25,854 bases of DNA from Gemmatimonadota bacterium (GTDB lineage: Bacteria; Gemmatimonadota; Gemmatimonadetes; JACCXV01; JAHWKZ01): positions 1 through 25,854 of the forward strand of contig DAOWHI010000052.1 of NCBI GenBank assembly GCA_030641505.1. The letters run 5' to 3'. The notes below the pieces were generated by a model. It searched no databases, was not told the origin of the DNA, and worked only from the letters and a program-made list of their open reading frames with translations. Positions within the stretch are counted from its first letter, which is position 1, and the number at the start of each line of letters is the position of its first letter. Made by a program: the position numbers and the translations under genes. Positions 25,381-25,854 of this stretch are shown piece after piece.

Positions 25381-25854
25381 ATGAGCGGTCCATGCCCAGC
25401 CCGGTTTTGGTGGGTCCTCGACAACCCGCTGCGCCGCCTGGTCGCCGATCCGGCCAAGGTGGTCGGGCTACTTGGCCTGTCGCCCGATTCGCGGGTGCTC
25501 GAAGTCGGCCCCGGCCCAGGGTTCTTCAGCGCCGAGATCGCCAAGCGGACCGGTCACCGCCGGCTTCAAGCAGTCGACATCCAGCGCGAGATGCTACTCA
25601 GAGCGCGCCACAAGCTGCGCACCCAGTTTCTCTGGAATGTCGATTACGTGCAGGCCGAAGCCACGGCGCTGCCGTATGCCGACCGATCGTTCGACGGAGC
25701 CTTGCTCGTCACGGTGCTGGGCGAAGTCCAGAATCGAGCGTTCTGTCTACGCGAAGTCTGGCGCGTCCTGAAACCCGGTGGTCTGCTCGTGGTCGGCGAG
25801 CAGCGCCCCGACCCCCACTATATCGCGCCACCGGTACTCCACGAGCTGGCTCGC
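25381..25854 (+). CDS. Class I SAM-dependent methyltransferase (UbiE-like), 3' end truncated by the window edge
   Basis: Not in the ORF track. Manual translation: MSGPCPARFWWVLDNPLRR...VLEVGPGPGFF...VDIQREML...ALPYADRSFDG...VLKPGG. Confidence 0.9.
   Translation, partial: MSGPCPARFWWVLDNPLRRLVADPAKVVGLLGLSPDSRVLEVGPGPGFFSAEIAKRTGHRRLQAVDIQREMLLRARHKLRTQFLWNVDYVQAEATALPYADRSFDGALLVTVLGEVQNRAFCLREVWRVLKPGGLLVVGEQRPDPHYIAPPVLHELAR

Noticed and set aside
1-25854. Mobile elements, CRISPR arrays, tRNA/rRNA, recoded (Sec/Pyl) or frameshifted genes
   Set aside because: No long repeats, integrase/transposase motifs or RNA-gene signatures seen; all recognised proteins read through without internal stops.

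Overview
GC-rich (roughly mid-60s % by eye), extremely gene-dense bacterial chromosomal window with 27 likely CDS. I see no rRNA, tRNA, CRISPR, transposase or phage genes. Left to right: (-) glycine-cleavage and lipoylation cluster [Zn-ribbon membrane protein, NRDE/TANGO2, gcvH, gcvP, UPF0173 metallo-hydrolase, LipM-type octanoyltransferase, peptide ABC substrate-binding lipoprotein cut by the window edge], with no gcvT; (+) DUF885 peptidase-like protein, MDR oxidoreductase, Ig-like lipoprotein; (-) PhzF-family isomerase, dienelactone-hydrolase lipoprotein, M20 dipeptidase; (+) Mn-type DtxR/MntR regulator with a coupled orphan FeoA; (-) stand-alone CcmI/CycH C-terminal-domain lipoprotein, ygfZ, pduO; (+) glcD-glcF without glcE; (-) DUF1579 and a tandem bicupin; (+) a 76-aa orphan; (-) YtcJ-like amidohydrolase; (+) dedA, peptide ABC SBP, SAM methyltransferase (cut by the window edge). 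Most genes belong to known families, so I cannot demonstrate a new system from sequence alone. The best leads are: (i) a metal/cofactor block (MntR-FeoA; CcmI-C/YgfZ/PduO) whose CcmI-C/YgfZ/PduO operon shares a 34-bp inverted-repeat control region with the Fe-S flavoenzyme GlcDF; (ii) uncharacterised hydrolases embedded in the gcvH/gcvP/lipM cluster; (iii) translation-initiation patterns: two probable CTG starts overlapping upstream stops, three probable leaderless genes and a Met-Lys-stop bridge ORF. Many starts in the supplied ORF track are over-extended; I re-called them by hand. All family assignments come from motif recognition, not database searches.
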